64,000 nucleotides of DNA from Somniosus microcephalus. Its lineage: Eukaryota. The notes beneath the pieces were generated by a model. That model saw only the letters and a program-made list of their open reading frames with translations. It was not told where the DNA came from and made no database searches. Shown one piece after another: positions 24,758 through 37,125 of this stretch (the first letter of the stretch is position 1; every line of letters begins with the position of its first letter). Position numbers and translations under genes: made by a program. Where the stretch lies: the NCBI GenBank assembly GCA_052327205.1, contig CM126230.1, positions 12,958,001-13,022,000 on the forward strand, given 5' to 3'.

Positions 24758-25952
24758 GAACCGACAATTATATTGTTACAGGCAATTGTTTACATACAAT
24801 ATTTGCATGCTAGTTACATAGGCAGCTTTAATGTTAAATATTGACATAAAAGCATGCCCAAAAATGTGGCATTGCTTTGGGCTTTCTTCTTTTTCCCACC
24901 CAGTAGGGCTATGTTTTGTTAAAAGTTTTGCCTATTCTTCATGTGTTTAAGGTTCCAACTGGTAACATCGCACAAGATTTATTAGAGTAATCTCTGCACT
25001 CTCTGTGAGGAAGTTGTGTTTGAAGAGCTCAGAGATAAGGCTACAGCACTGCAGCCCAATTCTCCAACTCGTGTTCCCTGAGAGGCAGCTCCCCTCTGGG
25101 AGCACAAGATGCAGAATTGAACCTATTTTGTGGAGCGAATCGAGGAAGCTGTTTTTGAATGTGTCTGAGAGAGCCTGTGATGGTTAGAGTCTCTGTGACC
25201 AACTCAAATTTTTATTCCCTCAACAGGTAAAACCAAAGCTCCATAGCACGTTGACCCTTGGAATGATTTGAGTACTCAATAAAGAACGCCCTTTCCCAAA
25301 GTATATAGGCTCCATGTAACTTTCGCTACTGCCTCTGTACAGAGGAAATTTACTCAAGCTTGCCCATCGCCTTTTAAGACTGAAACCACCCTGATGAAGA
25401 TAATGAATCAACTCTAAACCGATAATCGCCACTGCTTGGCAGTACGAAGCGCCTTGGGATTTTTTTTGTACGTTAAAGGCGCTATATAGATGCAATTTGC
25501 TGTTGTTGTTGATAGAAATAAGTCCAAGTTTATACAGGCCAGGGAAGTGAGCAACCCTTCTTCACAAGTTCCACTCCCACCAATGCCTATTAGGAATATT
25601 GTCCCTTTAATGAACAATCCCCTTTGAGGAACATCAGCAAGTCATCCCTGAAAATATTGCTGACTTAAATAGTCAGTGGATATTTTAAACTTTGAATTCC
25701 TAGCCCAAAAGCACACAGAGCCTGAAGGTATGTCACTCTCTGGACACTAAGGGGAGATTTTCCGAGGACCGATATTTTAGCGTGGACGCTATTTTAAGGC
25801 AGGCGTTAACCCGTTTATTTAACCGGGTTAATGGTGTCATTTTAAATGAGTTAATCTAACTTTGGCAGGAATTTACAGGAAACTTTGGTTTATCCGGAGG
25901 TTGAATGTCCAGAAACCTCGATCCACCGGCAGAAATCAGGAGCCGTTTTGTT

Positions 25953-26245
25953 AGGTTTTTTTTCTTCTCGTGGCTTTTTTTTCAACAGTCAGGCTCTGCA
26001 AAGTCTCTCTGAAGCTGTTGCTAAGCTACAGAGATGCTTCGGGCCGACTGTTTAGAAGCTGTTGCTAAGCAACAGTGTTTGTTGCCAGATACGGAGGTTT
26101 TTTTCTTCTCGTGGCTTTTTTTTCAACAGTCAGGCTCTGCAAAGTCTCTCTGAAGCTGTTGCTAAGCTACAGAGACGCTTCCAAGGTACGGGCCGACTGT
26201 TTAGAAGCTGTTGCTAAGCAACAGTGTTTGTTGCCAGATACGGAG
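25953..26245. repeat. Tandem duplication of a ~142-150 bp unit
   Basis: 25953-26094 is repeated from 26095, differing mainly by a CAAGGTAC indel. Confidence 0.9.
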
Positions 26246-27777
26246 CTGAAAACCTCCATATGCTTCAACATTAGCGCTGGTTTGTCTGGCAGTTTTGATA
26301 GATCGGCAACAGCTCGGTCCCGTCGGTGCCGGATATCACAAAGTTTCCTGTACTGTGAGCACCTTAACTGCGTGAACCAAATGATTGCCCATCAGAAAAT
26401 TGGCGCTTAAGTGTACTTTGTGCGTATACCAGAGCATTACTAGAAAAATCATACCTTAGCCAACACGCTTATTATTTATTTCCCTTAATTCCTCACCTCA
26501 AGCTGCTGCCACTGGTGGCAGGCCTGTTCCCAACAGTGTTACGCAGCTCAGAATGCTCTCCCCAGATACAATTCAAGTTTGGAAGCCAGTATATTGCTTG
26601 ATGACTTTTTTACAGTTCAGATAAACACAGGGGGTGATTTATGTCTCGCTATCTCTCAGCATGAACGGGGCAGCAACAAGACGAAAATTAGAAAAACAAA
26701 ACTACCAGAAGCCAGCCCCTTGCATTCGAAGTTACAGTACAGAAGGAGGCCACTTGACCCATCGTGCTGGTTTCTGTGTTAGCTCTACAATGAAAGCTAT
26801 CCATTCTCCATAGTTTCTTTTAGAGAGAGGGGACACAGCGCAAAACACTGACAAGAAGCAAAGAGCAAAGGAGGAGGTCAGGTAAATCAGAATTGGTGAC
26901 AGTAGCGTTAGATTATAAAAGCCTCAATATTTTAAGAGGAAGGAAAGAATGAAGAAGGTGTGGAGTTAGAGGATCCTATAAAAGAATGGGTTGACGTGTT
27001 CAAATCTTAAGAAAGGACACCATTAAAATGTAATCCTATTTTACTAATTCAATCATCAATGTTTTTAATTGAATAGATCTCAGTTTAAGAAGCATTTAAC
27101 ATTGAAAAAGGGAGAAGTGTAATTCGAGTGACCTGCATTAAGTAATGGATATCTCCTCAATGTTATTTGGGCATTTGGGTTACTACAGGCCTGCTGTGTT
27201 TGGTGATGGTATTGCTAGATACCACAACTGCTTCCTGTTGGATTAGGAGGTGCAGTCACATGATTAAAGCTCCTTCTAGTGGCAGTATTTTGATTCAGCT
27301 ATCTGACCTATGAACCCTCCCTAATCCCTCCCTCCAAGCACAGACTGACAAGAATGTGCCCGAGATTTAAACCCAAGGAAACTGCAGATTAGGCAAATCA
27401 TTTGAAACAGATGCATTGAGCAAATGTGCAGTCCATCACTGAGCAGTCCCTGTTGACATTTAACACCTTGCTCTTTTAGTTCTCTCGCCAGCCCTGTGCT
27501 TCTTCTGGTGAAATACTTCCTCAAAAAAACAAGTCAGGCTCTGACGCACTGGCGATCCATTCAAATCTCACTCCACTAAGACCCTGGTGAGGCTCCACTG
27601 AGATTCTAGAGGAATGCAAAGTGACTTCAAAGAGAGACTATGGGGGAAGTTCGGGTCATTACAGCCTGTATGCTGCAGTTTGCATACTCCAATATATGTA
27701 TCTCATCATACGTACCCCATTGTACATACTTCACTGTGCGTATTTCAACATGCATACTGCAGTGTAAGTACTCCAGA

Positions 27778-27955
27778 AAGACTTGCATTTATATAGCGCC
27801 TTTCTTGACTACCGGATGTCCCAAAGTGCTTTACAGCCAATGAAGTACTTTTTGAAGTGTAGTCACTGTTGTAATGTAGGAAACGCGGCAGCCAATTTGC
27901 GCTCAGCAAGCTCCCACAAACAGCAATGAGATAATGACCAGATAATCTGTTTTTG
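27778..27955 (-). mobile_element. Deu-domain SINE (SacSINE1-like) 3' part
   Basis: ACTTGCATTTATATAGCGCCTTT...CAAGCTCCCACAAACAGCAATG; closely matches 32846-33020. Confidence 0.85.
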
Positions 27956-28744
27956 CTATGTTCCAGTTCACCTATCGCTTAGAGTGCAAACTGCGTACCT
28001 CATTGAAGGCACCCCATCTTCACCCAGATGCTCCAGCATGACTACTCAATTGCTAAAAGCGCAGTGTACAAACTCCAGTGTTTGTACTTCAGGGTATAGA
28101 CCCCCAATATGCACAATGTGGTGTGTATATTCCAGTTGGCATATTCTAGACTGCGTGTTCCAGTGCACACACTCCAACATGTACATATTATTGTAAATAC
28201 TCCAACACATAGATTCCAGTGGTTTTTCTAAATTAGTTTATGGGATGTGGGCATTGCTGGCAAGGCCAGTGTGGAAGTTACAGCGCGCATGCTCCAGTTA
28301 TCACATACGCTACTCCCCTTAATTCAACGTTTCTTAATTCAAGTGATCTGCTAAGTCAATTTTTACAGCATTAAATTATCCTTTTGATGTATTCTTTATG
28401 TTACTTAATTCAAATTATTGGATAACTCAATTTTTAGCACAGAAAAACAACTTTAAATTATCAGGACTAGGTTGTAGCATAACCTACATATTCCAGAGCA
28501 TATTCCAGTCCGCATTCTCCAAAATACCAACTCTACTATACATATTTCAACATGCATATTACAGTGTACATCGCCAGTATTTATACCCTAGTGTGCATAT
28601 TCCGCTGAGTATAGTTCAATGCAGATACTCCACTGTGTCTCTGAATCCCAGTGCATATACTTCAATGTAAATGCTCCAGTGTGTTTACCCCAAGACACAG
28701 GCAGAAAAGGGGAGTCCAGAAAATTACTTTAAGCTGAATTGTGA

Positions 28745-28985
28745 GAATAAGACAATGAGAGGCGCAGGTTCAAATGAATAAAGGGCAAATTCAAGATCAT
28801 TGTCAGGGAGTTTCTCCTCACAGAAAGAGCAATCAACGCATGCAATGAACTCGCAGATAGAGCAGTAAAGATGAATCATTTAAGAAATAATTGGATATCG
28901 CAAGGGGGGGACTGTATGGTCTTCCTGGATTGATGAATTAAGATGGGTTGAATGGCCTTCCTCATGTGTGAATGTCTTGTTACCT
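28745..28985 (+). mobile_element. Old CR1-type LINE 3' fragment
   Basis: Decayed TQR..N.WN.L region followed by AGATGGGTTGAATGGCCTTCCTC tail. Confidence 0.65.
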
Positions 28986-29344
28986 TGTATAGTCCAGTAT
29001 ACATGCCCGATTGTATATACTCCAGCATTGATACTGAAGGGTATTTAATCCTATGCACTTAATCCAGTGCAATGTCAGTGTGTAAACTCCTAAGATTCTT
29101 TTAGGAAAAGGACAAGGCCATTTCAAACTTCACCTTCCCACCTGCTCAGCATTAAATTGTCTTTTCTACTGTCCAACCCTTTCTGCCGTTTCCTGATAAT
29201 GTTCTTCACACCAACGCTAATACCCTTTGGATGAAAAAGCTCTACCTGATTTCCCTATTTTACACCGACCTTGGCACCAAGGAGACACCAGCAGGACATT
29301 GAGAGGTCTCACTCTGGGGTTGAGGAGTATTGACCATAATTAAC

Positions 29345-29680
29345 GAGCTACACATGCCAGCAAAGTTCCAGGTTCAATCCCCCAGTCTGCTCCAGGTTAG
29401 CTGTCCCAGCAATATAGGCTCTACTATTGGGCTCAATCCCGTAAATCAGCCAGGGTTCTCAGTTCTGATCACTAGGGCGCGTTTGGACATTGGATGGTGT
29501 CAGGATTGGGCTCAGCTGTGATGCCCCCTTGCTGTGGAGTAGCCTGTGACGCTCAATGCCAAGATTCACATGTGACGAATGGCCAATAGGACACGGGTGC
29601 CCAGTGCCTGTGCAACTGTGGCCCAGCAAGGAGTCAATTCCTTCAGGAGCGAGGGAAGAAAAGGTGAAAAAAAAATAAAG
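29345..29680 (+). mobile_element. Ancient SINE (AmnSINE2-like)
   Basis: B-box-like GGTTCAATCC, then AAATCAGCCAGGGTTC, GGGCTCAGCTGTGATGCCCC, CCCAGCAAGGAGTCA. Confidence 0.65.
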
Positions 29681-30249
29681 GAGCATTGACGTCATTTAGC
29701 CCATCAGTAGCAGGAAGATTAGAATGACCAGTGCCCAGTGGGGCTGACAAAACTCTGTTTAATTACGGCAGCTTTCAATCTATTGTGGATGAAAAACGTT
29801 TGTTTTGTTTAAAAAAAAGTGCTGATTTCCCAATAAAAAGGAGGAAGCGATTGGGCTGACTGTGAATGACTCCTGCAGTTTTAATGGAACTACACTGCAT
29901 TCCTCACAACACGGTCCTTTATAAGCACACAAAAACATGCTTTAATGAGAGGTGACTTACAGACAGTGTGATTCATACAGTTTCTATAGTAACCTTTCTA
30001 AGGTTCTGAGGGTGGTTTGGGCCTCGCTAACTTCAGCGTCATCTCAAGATATTTGATTTTCCAAGTATCAGAATAACCAAGAAAAAAAATCAAAACAATA
30101 ATCACTACGAAACAGGTGGACAGATGTGGGAGAGGCTGAGCCCGCTGATTAAACAGAGATTCTGTGCACAGGCTAGTTAAAGCACGCAGTTTGCATCAGT
30201 GCGCAAAGGCTTCGAGTTAATACTGACTGCCACATCACTCGAATTGGTG

Positions 30250-30498
30250 TGTAGTTGCCAACCCTCCAGGTCTGCCCGGGAGTCTCCAGGAATTGTAGAT
30301 TAATCTCCGGGACATTGCTCCGAACAACACGGAAGAAAAATCATAACAAAAGCAGTGTTTTCTTTCATTTTCTTTGAACGCTTTTATTTATTAGTAATAA
30401 AAATATGAGAGATGGAAAACTGTTTGACTGGGCGGGGCAGTTGGATGTAAGAGATCATAAACTTCCAGGGGTACATCCAACTGGAGTTGGTACCCCGA
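30250..30498 (+). mobile_element. hAT-like MITE, copy 1
   Basis: Ends ..GTTGCCAAC and GTTGGTACCCCGA; TSD-like AATTGGTG/AACTGGTG. Confidence 0.7.
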
Positions 30499-30712
30499 AA
30501 CTGGTGGGAAGCAAACTTTCAAAACTTAATTGTTGTGCTCTTTAAATGTTGGTGAACAGGAACCTCTCCCGTCAGCTTTCCACTGGAGTTAAATTTAACC
30601 AGGAGTTGGGCACTGGAGACTGGAGTTCTGTGCAAACATGTATGCGCAGGCCAGACAGCGATGAGGAGACAGGAGCATAACTCAGAGCCGCCAACTCTGC
30701 ATCACTCTAAAC

Positions 30713-30992
30713 TAGGATCGCCAACTCGGGTTAGACATATTCCTGGCGGTTTCATCACCTGACTTCCCTCCTCCAACTGCCCCACCCAGTCAAGCAGCCT
30801 TCTTCTCCCATCTCCACAATTTTTATAACTACTGTAATAAATGAAAGCGTTCAATGAAACTGAGAAAAAACACACAATTGTTTTCAACGCCCTTATGCTT
30901 TTCTTCTCCCGAGTTGTTCGCAGCTGTGTCCAGGAGGTTACTCGTGAATTCCTAGAGACTTCGGGATAATCCTGAAGGGTTGGGAACCCCTA
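30713..30992 (-). mobile_element. hAT-like MITE, copy 2, inverted relative to copy 1
   Basis: Ends TAGGATCGCCAAC and GTTGGGAACCCCTA; TSD-like CTCTAAAC/CTCTAAAG; interior is a diverged reverse complement of 30250-30498. Confidence 0.75.
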
Positions 30993-31120
30993 CTCTAAAG
31001 AGGAATCGGATTCCAAGCAATCCCTATATAATAGCCTCTTACTCAATGATAAACCTCACCCTGCGGAGTGAGTGGGAAACTCAACACAGCTACGTAGTAA
31101 GTAATCTTGACTCTGCTGAT

Positions 31121-31402
31121 TAGAAACATAGAAACATAGAAGATAGGAGCAGGAGTAGGCCATTCGGCCCCTCGAGCCTGCTCTGCCATTCAATGCGATC
31201 ATGGCTGATCATCCAAATTCAGTACCCAGTCCCTGCTTTCTCCCCATATCCCTTGATCCCTTTAGCCTTAAGAAATATTTCCAACTCCTTCTTGAATATA
31301 TTTAATGAATTGACCTCTACTGCCTTCTGTGGTAGAGAATTCCACAGGTTCACCACTCTCTGGGTGAAGAAATTCCTCCTCATTTCTGTCCTAAATGGCC
31401 TA
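31121..31402 (-). mobile_element. CR1/HER1-type LINE 3' end
   Basis: (AGAAACAT)n tail; translation FRTEMRRNFFTQRVVNLWNSLP. Confidence 0.9.
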
Positions 31403-31875
31403 AATAGTGACTCCACATAATAACCCTCACTCTGATGATTAAACAGGAACTCCACGCAGTTACACAGTGAGTAACCCTCACCTTGCTGAATAAACAAGGT
31501 CTTTGTTTAAAGTCAGCATTTTACTAATAAACTGCAGAGAATGAAGAATGTTTCTCGGCTGTCCATTTTTGCTAATTACACTCTGCGTTAACCCACATCC
31601 CCTCCACTCAGTGAATCGTTCTTGAAGATGCCAAATGTTAAGAAACACTCTTATGTTGGGACTGCTGCAGAAGAAATCCAGTCTTCAAAGGGCTTCACGA
31701 AAAACAAAACCTGCACAATGTTCCTCGTTCGGCCGCCGCCTTTACATGTTGAGTCACAAGCTGGGCTTCATAAGAGTGGATTTATGTTTATTCGTCAACA
31801 TGAGGTATAATGTGTGAGTGTGAGAGTGACGATCTGTGAGTGTATGAGTGAGTATTTATCCATTAGAGTCTATAA

Positions 31876-32060
31876 GGGGTACAATTCAGCTTTGGCGGGG
31901 TACAAAGCACGCAGTAGTGGATCAGCCATTCATTATACAGCCCACACGAATTTCCCTTCAATTCACAACAGTAGAAAGGAAAGTCAAACGGGTTGTATAA
32001 TGACCAGCAAATCTGCTACTGTCCATTTTGTACTGCTACAAAATCTGACTTTTACCCCCC
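31876..32060. mobile_element. Palindromic MITE, diverged
   Basis: GGGGTACAATTCAG...CATTATACAGCCC pairs with GGGTTGTATAATG...CTGACTTTTACCCC. Confidence 0.65.
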
Positions 32061-32149
32061 TATCAGTATCTAAGCGTGAGAGTGTGAGCGCATGTCTGAA
32101 TGGGAGTCGAGTGCGAGTGCGAATGTAATTGTTGTCTATGAATCAAATC

Positions 32150-32334
32150 GGGTAGATCTTGACTTTGTGCGAAGGGGTAAAATGGGTGATTGCGAATCGG
32201 CAGCCCGTTTTACACCTCTCCCCATTTTTATTTCCATTGAACACGATAGAAATAAAAATTGGGAGCGCCGCAAAACGGGCTGCCGATTCGCTATCACCCG
32301 TTTTACACTATCGCACAATGTCAAAGTGTAGCCC
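32150..32334. mobile_element. Palindromic MITE with ~85-bp arms
   Basis: GCGAATCGGCAGCCCGTTTT pairs perfectly with AAAACGGGCTGCCGATTCGC; arms extend to both ends. Confidence 0.85.
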
Positions 32335-32845
32335 AGTGTGTGTGGGAGCTGGACTGTTGAGTGTGCATGTATATGTTCAAGTGCGTCAGTCTTATTGTGT
32401 GTAAAAGTGTCAGCATTTGTGAGTGTATCAGTGCATAAGTGAGTGGTGTTAATATGTGGGTGTGTGTGTTTGTGCCCATATTTATTAGTGTAAACATATG
32501 AGTGTGTGTCTGAGTGCATAAGGAGAAGTGCAGATTAATATCAATGTGCGAGTATGCAAGCATGAGTGATTGTAAAAATGGTTAAGAGTCACTTTCTAAA
32601 TTTTAAATCATTAGTACATTTTATTTATTTATTGCCTATTTTCTCTTCCCTCTTCCTTTCGCCTCCCCTCCCCTCCTGACATGTGTGAATCCAGTCTGCA
32701 AAAGGTTGAAGTTTTTTTTTAAATGCTTTTAACACACACTTTGTTCTGCAGCCATCTTGATATATTGGATCACAAGATGCGCTGTGTGAGAGTGAATTTA
32801 GATTTACTTATAAACACGAGATGTGTGAGTGAGTTTGTGAGAAAG

Positions 32846-33120
32846 AAAGACTTGCATTTAAATCTTGCCTTTCACGACCTCAGGACGTCCCAAAGCGCTT
32901 TACAGCCAATGAAGTACTTTTTGAAGTGTAGTCACTGATGTAATGTAGGAAACATGACAGCCAATTTGCGCACAGCAAGCTCCCACAAACAGCAATGTGA
33001 TAATGGCCAGACAATGTTTTTTTTTGTGATGTTGATTGAGGGATAAATATTGGCCAGGACGCCGGGGATAACTCCCCTGCTCTTCTTCGACATAGTGCCA
33101 TGGGATCTTTTACGTCCGAA
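32846..33120 (-). mobile_element. Deu-domain SINE (SacSINE1-like)
   Basis: L2-type tail plus Deu-domain-like GTAAAAGATCCCATGGCACTA on the minus strand. Confidence 0.85.
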
Positions 33121-33154
33121 CTCACGTGTGTTGGTGCATAGACCACTTCCAACT

Positions 33155-33310
33155 AACTATTCTTTATGTGTGAGTCTAGACAGCGAGTGTTGGCTATTTC
33201 ACCACGGAAGGCACGGCAAATTCAATCTTACACCCAACGTGTACACAAACACTCTTTCCAGCAGGAATCACTGGATAGGGACTGGGGCAGGAACCCTGAC
33301 TGACTTTTAT
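33155..33310 (-). mobile_element. Ancient SINE fragment (AmnSINE2-like)
   Basis: Reverse complement of the shared CAGGGTTCCTGC...CCAGTGA...CTGCTGGAAAG...CTAGACTCACACA blocks. Confidence 0.6.
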
Positions 33311-34374
33311 TTTCTGAATGACAAGCTTCATTGGCCAACGCCGCTCACTGCATGTCGAAACATCGATGCCTGACACACACAACATTCCCTCGCTTGATTG
33401 TTGGCAGTTTTAAAACTCTCGGGTTTAATTTTCATTTTGCTTGTAATTCTACGTTTTTTTTTAATTTTCTCTGTGCAATGTGAAAGTTCAGTGGCTTCGT
33501 AATCATAATAGCACTCAGCCCTGGGTCGGCATCAGGTTTCTATCTAGCTCATTTGTTGTTCTGTATGAATGTGTCGGAATTGATTGATTTTTGTATTTCT
33601 TTCTACTTATAATAATGTTTATTCAATAAAATTAAAATGGAGAGCTGTGCTGTGTGCACTGAGTCTATAATCTGTAAGGCTCGAGGCTAAAAAATCATTT
33701 CTTCTCCCATCCCCTCTCTCCGAAATGGAGTGAAAGCATCTAACACATCACCAGTGCTTTCTGCGGCTGACCTGGGTGGCTTGCTACATCATCTTGACAT
33801 GTAATTATCCTAACTCTTCTTAATCATTTCACCCAAGATTAATTGTATAAGACAACAGTGACAAAAGTGTAGGTCAGGCCTTTGAGTGGAAACCCCTCTT
33901 TCTGTTCAATACGTGCTTCATTGAATCAATTAATAAACTTCACTGAAAGGGAAGCAAGATTTTATTTTTTTTTGCGGTGGGGGGGGGGAGTGGTTGGTCG
34001 GTGTTATGCTCGGGTGGGTATGGGTTGGGGGAAGGGGGACGAGGCTGAATAGAATCTTCAGGGAATTCATTATACGATCTGCATAAGAAAGCTTTGGGTT
34101 TTTTTGCTAGGTGTCTGTCTGTTGAATGTGCTCAGAGATTCTAATATCGATAGAACCACACAGCCAGTTATTTTAAATAGTTGAATGCCTTAGCTGTTCC
34201 TTTCAGTCCCTTCCCCCCCTGTTTCACTCCCCCCCCACTCGCACCACTCTACTGTCTGAGCTTGTTCATCGCCCCACCTATTCCTTCAGTAAAATAGGGC
34301 AGGCAGTCCTGACTGTTGCCCTCTCTGATGGTTGGTGGTAGACTTGTACGGAAATTGAGAGGCTTGCTTTTCCT

Positions 34375-34775
34375 CTTATTTTCTCCAATGGTCTCCTGAA
34401 GACACTGATTCTTACTCGGATATGATTCCACAGCACTCCCCACTTTTTTTACCATCTGGTACCCTACCCAAGGCGCCATTCTTTGTGGGTGAGCCTAGAC
34501 AGTGAATGCCAGGGAAGTTATCGACCATGGGGAGCATCACAGCTGATTCTACCCCTCACCCTCACCCAACAACCACACGTGACACACTTTCCAGCGAGGG
34601 AGGCACTGGGTGCCAATCAAGAGTAGGAACCCTGGTTGAGGTTCCTTCACTTTGGGCCAGAGATGCCGAGACTCATTAAGCTCCCATACCACAGTCCTGA
34701 CTGACATCAACCAACTCGGCACAGATCAGAGACCATAACTGAGACCTTCCAGGTCCACATGTCACTCAGTCACTG
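34375..34775 (-). mobile_element. Ancient SINE (AmnSINE2-like), near full length
   Basis: Reverse complement carries the shared blocks from GACCTGGAAGGTC to CTTCAGGAGA. Confidence 0.65.
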
Positions 34776-35049
34776 ACTCAACAAGCAGCCCAAATATCAA
34801 CTGAGTCAAAAGTTCTCCTAGTGATCTACTAGGACAGAAAAAACTCTGTCCAACTGGGGCAGGCAGATCGGAGTGACCAATTGACAAAGTCGACCTTAAC
34901 TGTAACGGGATGATTACACTACGCAGAACCCAGTTAGACTGACAAAACTGAGATTTAACCATAGCAGGCAAAATAGATGCTAACTGTGGGAAAACGTATG
35001 CCACGTAGGCAAATTGAAGTGACAGATGACTCTGGGACATGAAACCATA

Positions 35050-35450
35050 ACAACAACAACTTGCATTTATATAGCCCCGTTAACGTAGTAAAACATCCCA
35101 GGGCGCTTCACAGGAGCGTCGTCAAACAAAATTTGACACCAAACCACAAAAGGAGATATTAGGACCGGTGACCAAAACCTTGGTCAAAGAAATAGGTTTT
35201 AAGTAGCGTCTAAAGGAGGAGAGAGAGGTAACGAGGCGGAGAGGTTTAGGGAGGGAATTCCAGAGCTTAGGGTCCTGCCAGCTGAAGGCACGGCCAGCAA
35301 TGGAGGGGCGATGAAAATCGGGGATGCGCAAGAGACCTGAATAGGTGGAATGCAGAGATCTCAGGGGTTGTAGGCCAGGAGGAGGTTACAATAGATAGGG
35401 TGAGGCGAGGCCATGGAAAGAATTGAAAACAAGGATTAAAATTTTTTAAT
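35050..35450 (-). mobile_element. L2-type LINE 3' fragment
   Basis: (CAA)n-CTTGCATTTATATAG tail; translation GRAFSWQDPKLWNSLP. Confidence 0.88.
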
Positions 35451-36339
35451 TGAGGTTATCGATGGACCGAGAGGTACCAGACTGCCAGAAAGAGGTACCC
35501 TTCTCTGTGATCGTCAAGCTACCTTAAATATTTGGCACCTTAAATATATCAGCACAGTTGCAAGACTGCGCAATGTTTTTAACACCATGATGAACCTGCT
35601 AGAGCATACAGAATTACACTATAATTATGTTGCCACACCTATTTCTAAAATGCATTGTGTGAACCTCGTCCATATCGCAATCGAGAGGATCCAAAACCCC
35701 ACAACATTTTAAAACAATACTTTATCTTATGTAACAAGGATACATATATCATCTTATAAAAAAGAGAAATGATTGTTTCTGAAAGCATTTCTTACAAGCT
35801 CTTGGATACACATAGTAAATAATCAATGATCTTGAGTTATTAGAAAATCATCAACGAGCTGAGAAAATGACAGGGGAGGTTGCATTGGTATTTTCCAAAA
35901 TACAGACATGTTTTCTCCCAGCAACATCAAACAATCCCCTAATTTAACTCATTTATCCACAGGATTCACAGCTGCAGAACTCACTAGCTCTCTTCCTACA
36001 GTCAAACACCATTTTAAAATCCAAGCTTGGTGCCATCTAATTCCTATTTCTTTACTTCATCAGTCTTGTCCCCCATTCCTTTCAGTCTTGGTGATGACCT
36101 GCACTGTGGCCCTTAAACCTTCACCTGGGTTTCTCAATACAAAATAATGGAGAGAACTCAACCCTCTACAACCTGGAGTCACCTCTCCGTGACTAAAGTT
36201 CAATATTGTGGAAGATCCCATTTTCTGAACCTTTGAAACTGAAGGAACATTCTGAGCTCTGAGTATAGAGGAGGGTATTAAGAGATGACAGGAATGTGGA
36301 GGTGTGAAACACCAGCTGTTCACAAGATTTGTCAACATT

Positions 36340-36610
36340 TTATTTTCCAAAATTGTGCCCTTTTATCTCCTCCTGTCCTGAAGGTGCTGACTCATGATCA
36401 GAAGTTGGTTTAACTGGTGCTGAATGCCCTCCAGTATCGCACTCGACTGCCCATTCTCCATGTGTGAGCCTTGGCAAGTGTCGGCAGCTGACCAGGCACG
36501 GGCAACACCAGGACCGAGTCTGATCAAGTCCTCCAATATCCAATTTCAGCAAGAGTCATTGGATGGTGACCAGGAGCAGGCTAATGTTGCCCTTCCCTAA
36601 CTCAGGGCGA
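36340..36610 (-). mobile_element. Ancient SINE fragment (AmnSINE2-like)
   Basis: CCTGAAGGTGCTGACTC...CCATTCTCCATGTGTGAGCCT...CAGGAGCAGG. Confidence 0.55.
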
Positions 36611-36923
36611 CTGCTCACAGCAGGCGACACTTTCTACTGCAAGCACCTTTATGTCATTAATGGGACTTTACACGGCAAGGTGCAAAAGATATTTCTAAGT
36701 TTTCTTGGGTGATGCACAGTGGGGTTCACTGGTGTGATGAAATGTTTTACCGAATAATACGACGTTGTTGATTAATTTCATCTGTGCAAATTGACACTCT
36801 TGATTACTGTGTTTGAAATGATGCTTAAAGACTAGTGGAACAATGGCACAGGAAATGCGTAACATTGTGTTCATTTACTTTGATATTCACATTTAGGAAG
36901 TTATAGAGAAAACCCTTTTGCAA

Positions 36924-37125
36924 TCATAGAATCATAGAATCATGGAACAGTACAACACAGAAGGAGACCATTCGGCCCATCGAGTCTGCGCCGGCTCTTT
37001 CGAAGAGCAATCCAGTTAGTCCCACTGCCCCGCCCTTTCCCCATATCCCTGCAATTTTTTGCCCTTCAAGTATTTATCCAATTCCCTTTTGAAGGCTGCT
37101 ATTGAATCTGTAACCACCGCCCTGT
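36924..37125 (-). mobile_element. CR1/HER1-type LINE 3' end
   Basis: (ATCATAGA)n tail; matches 42525-42715. Confidence 0.85.
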
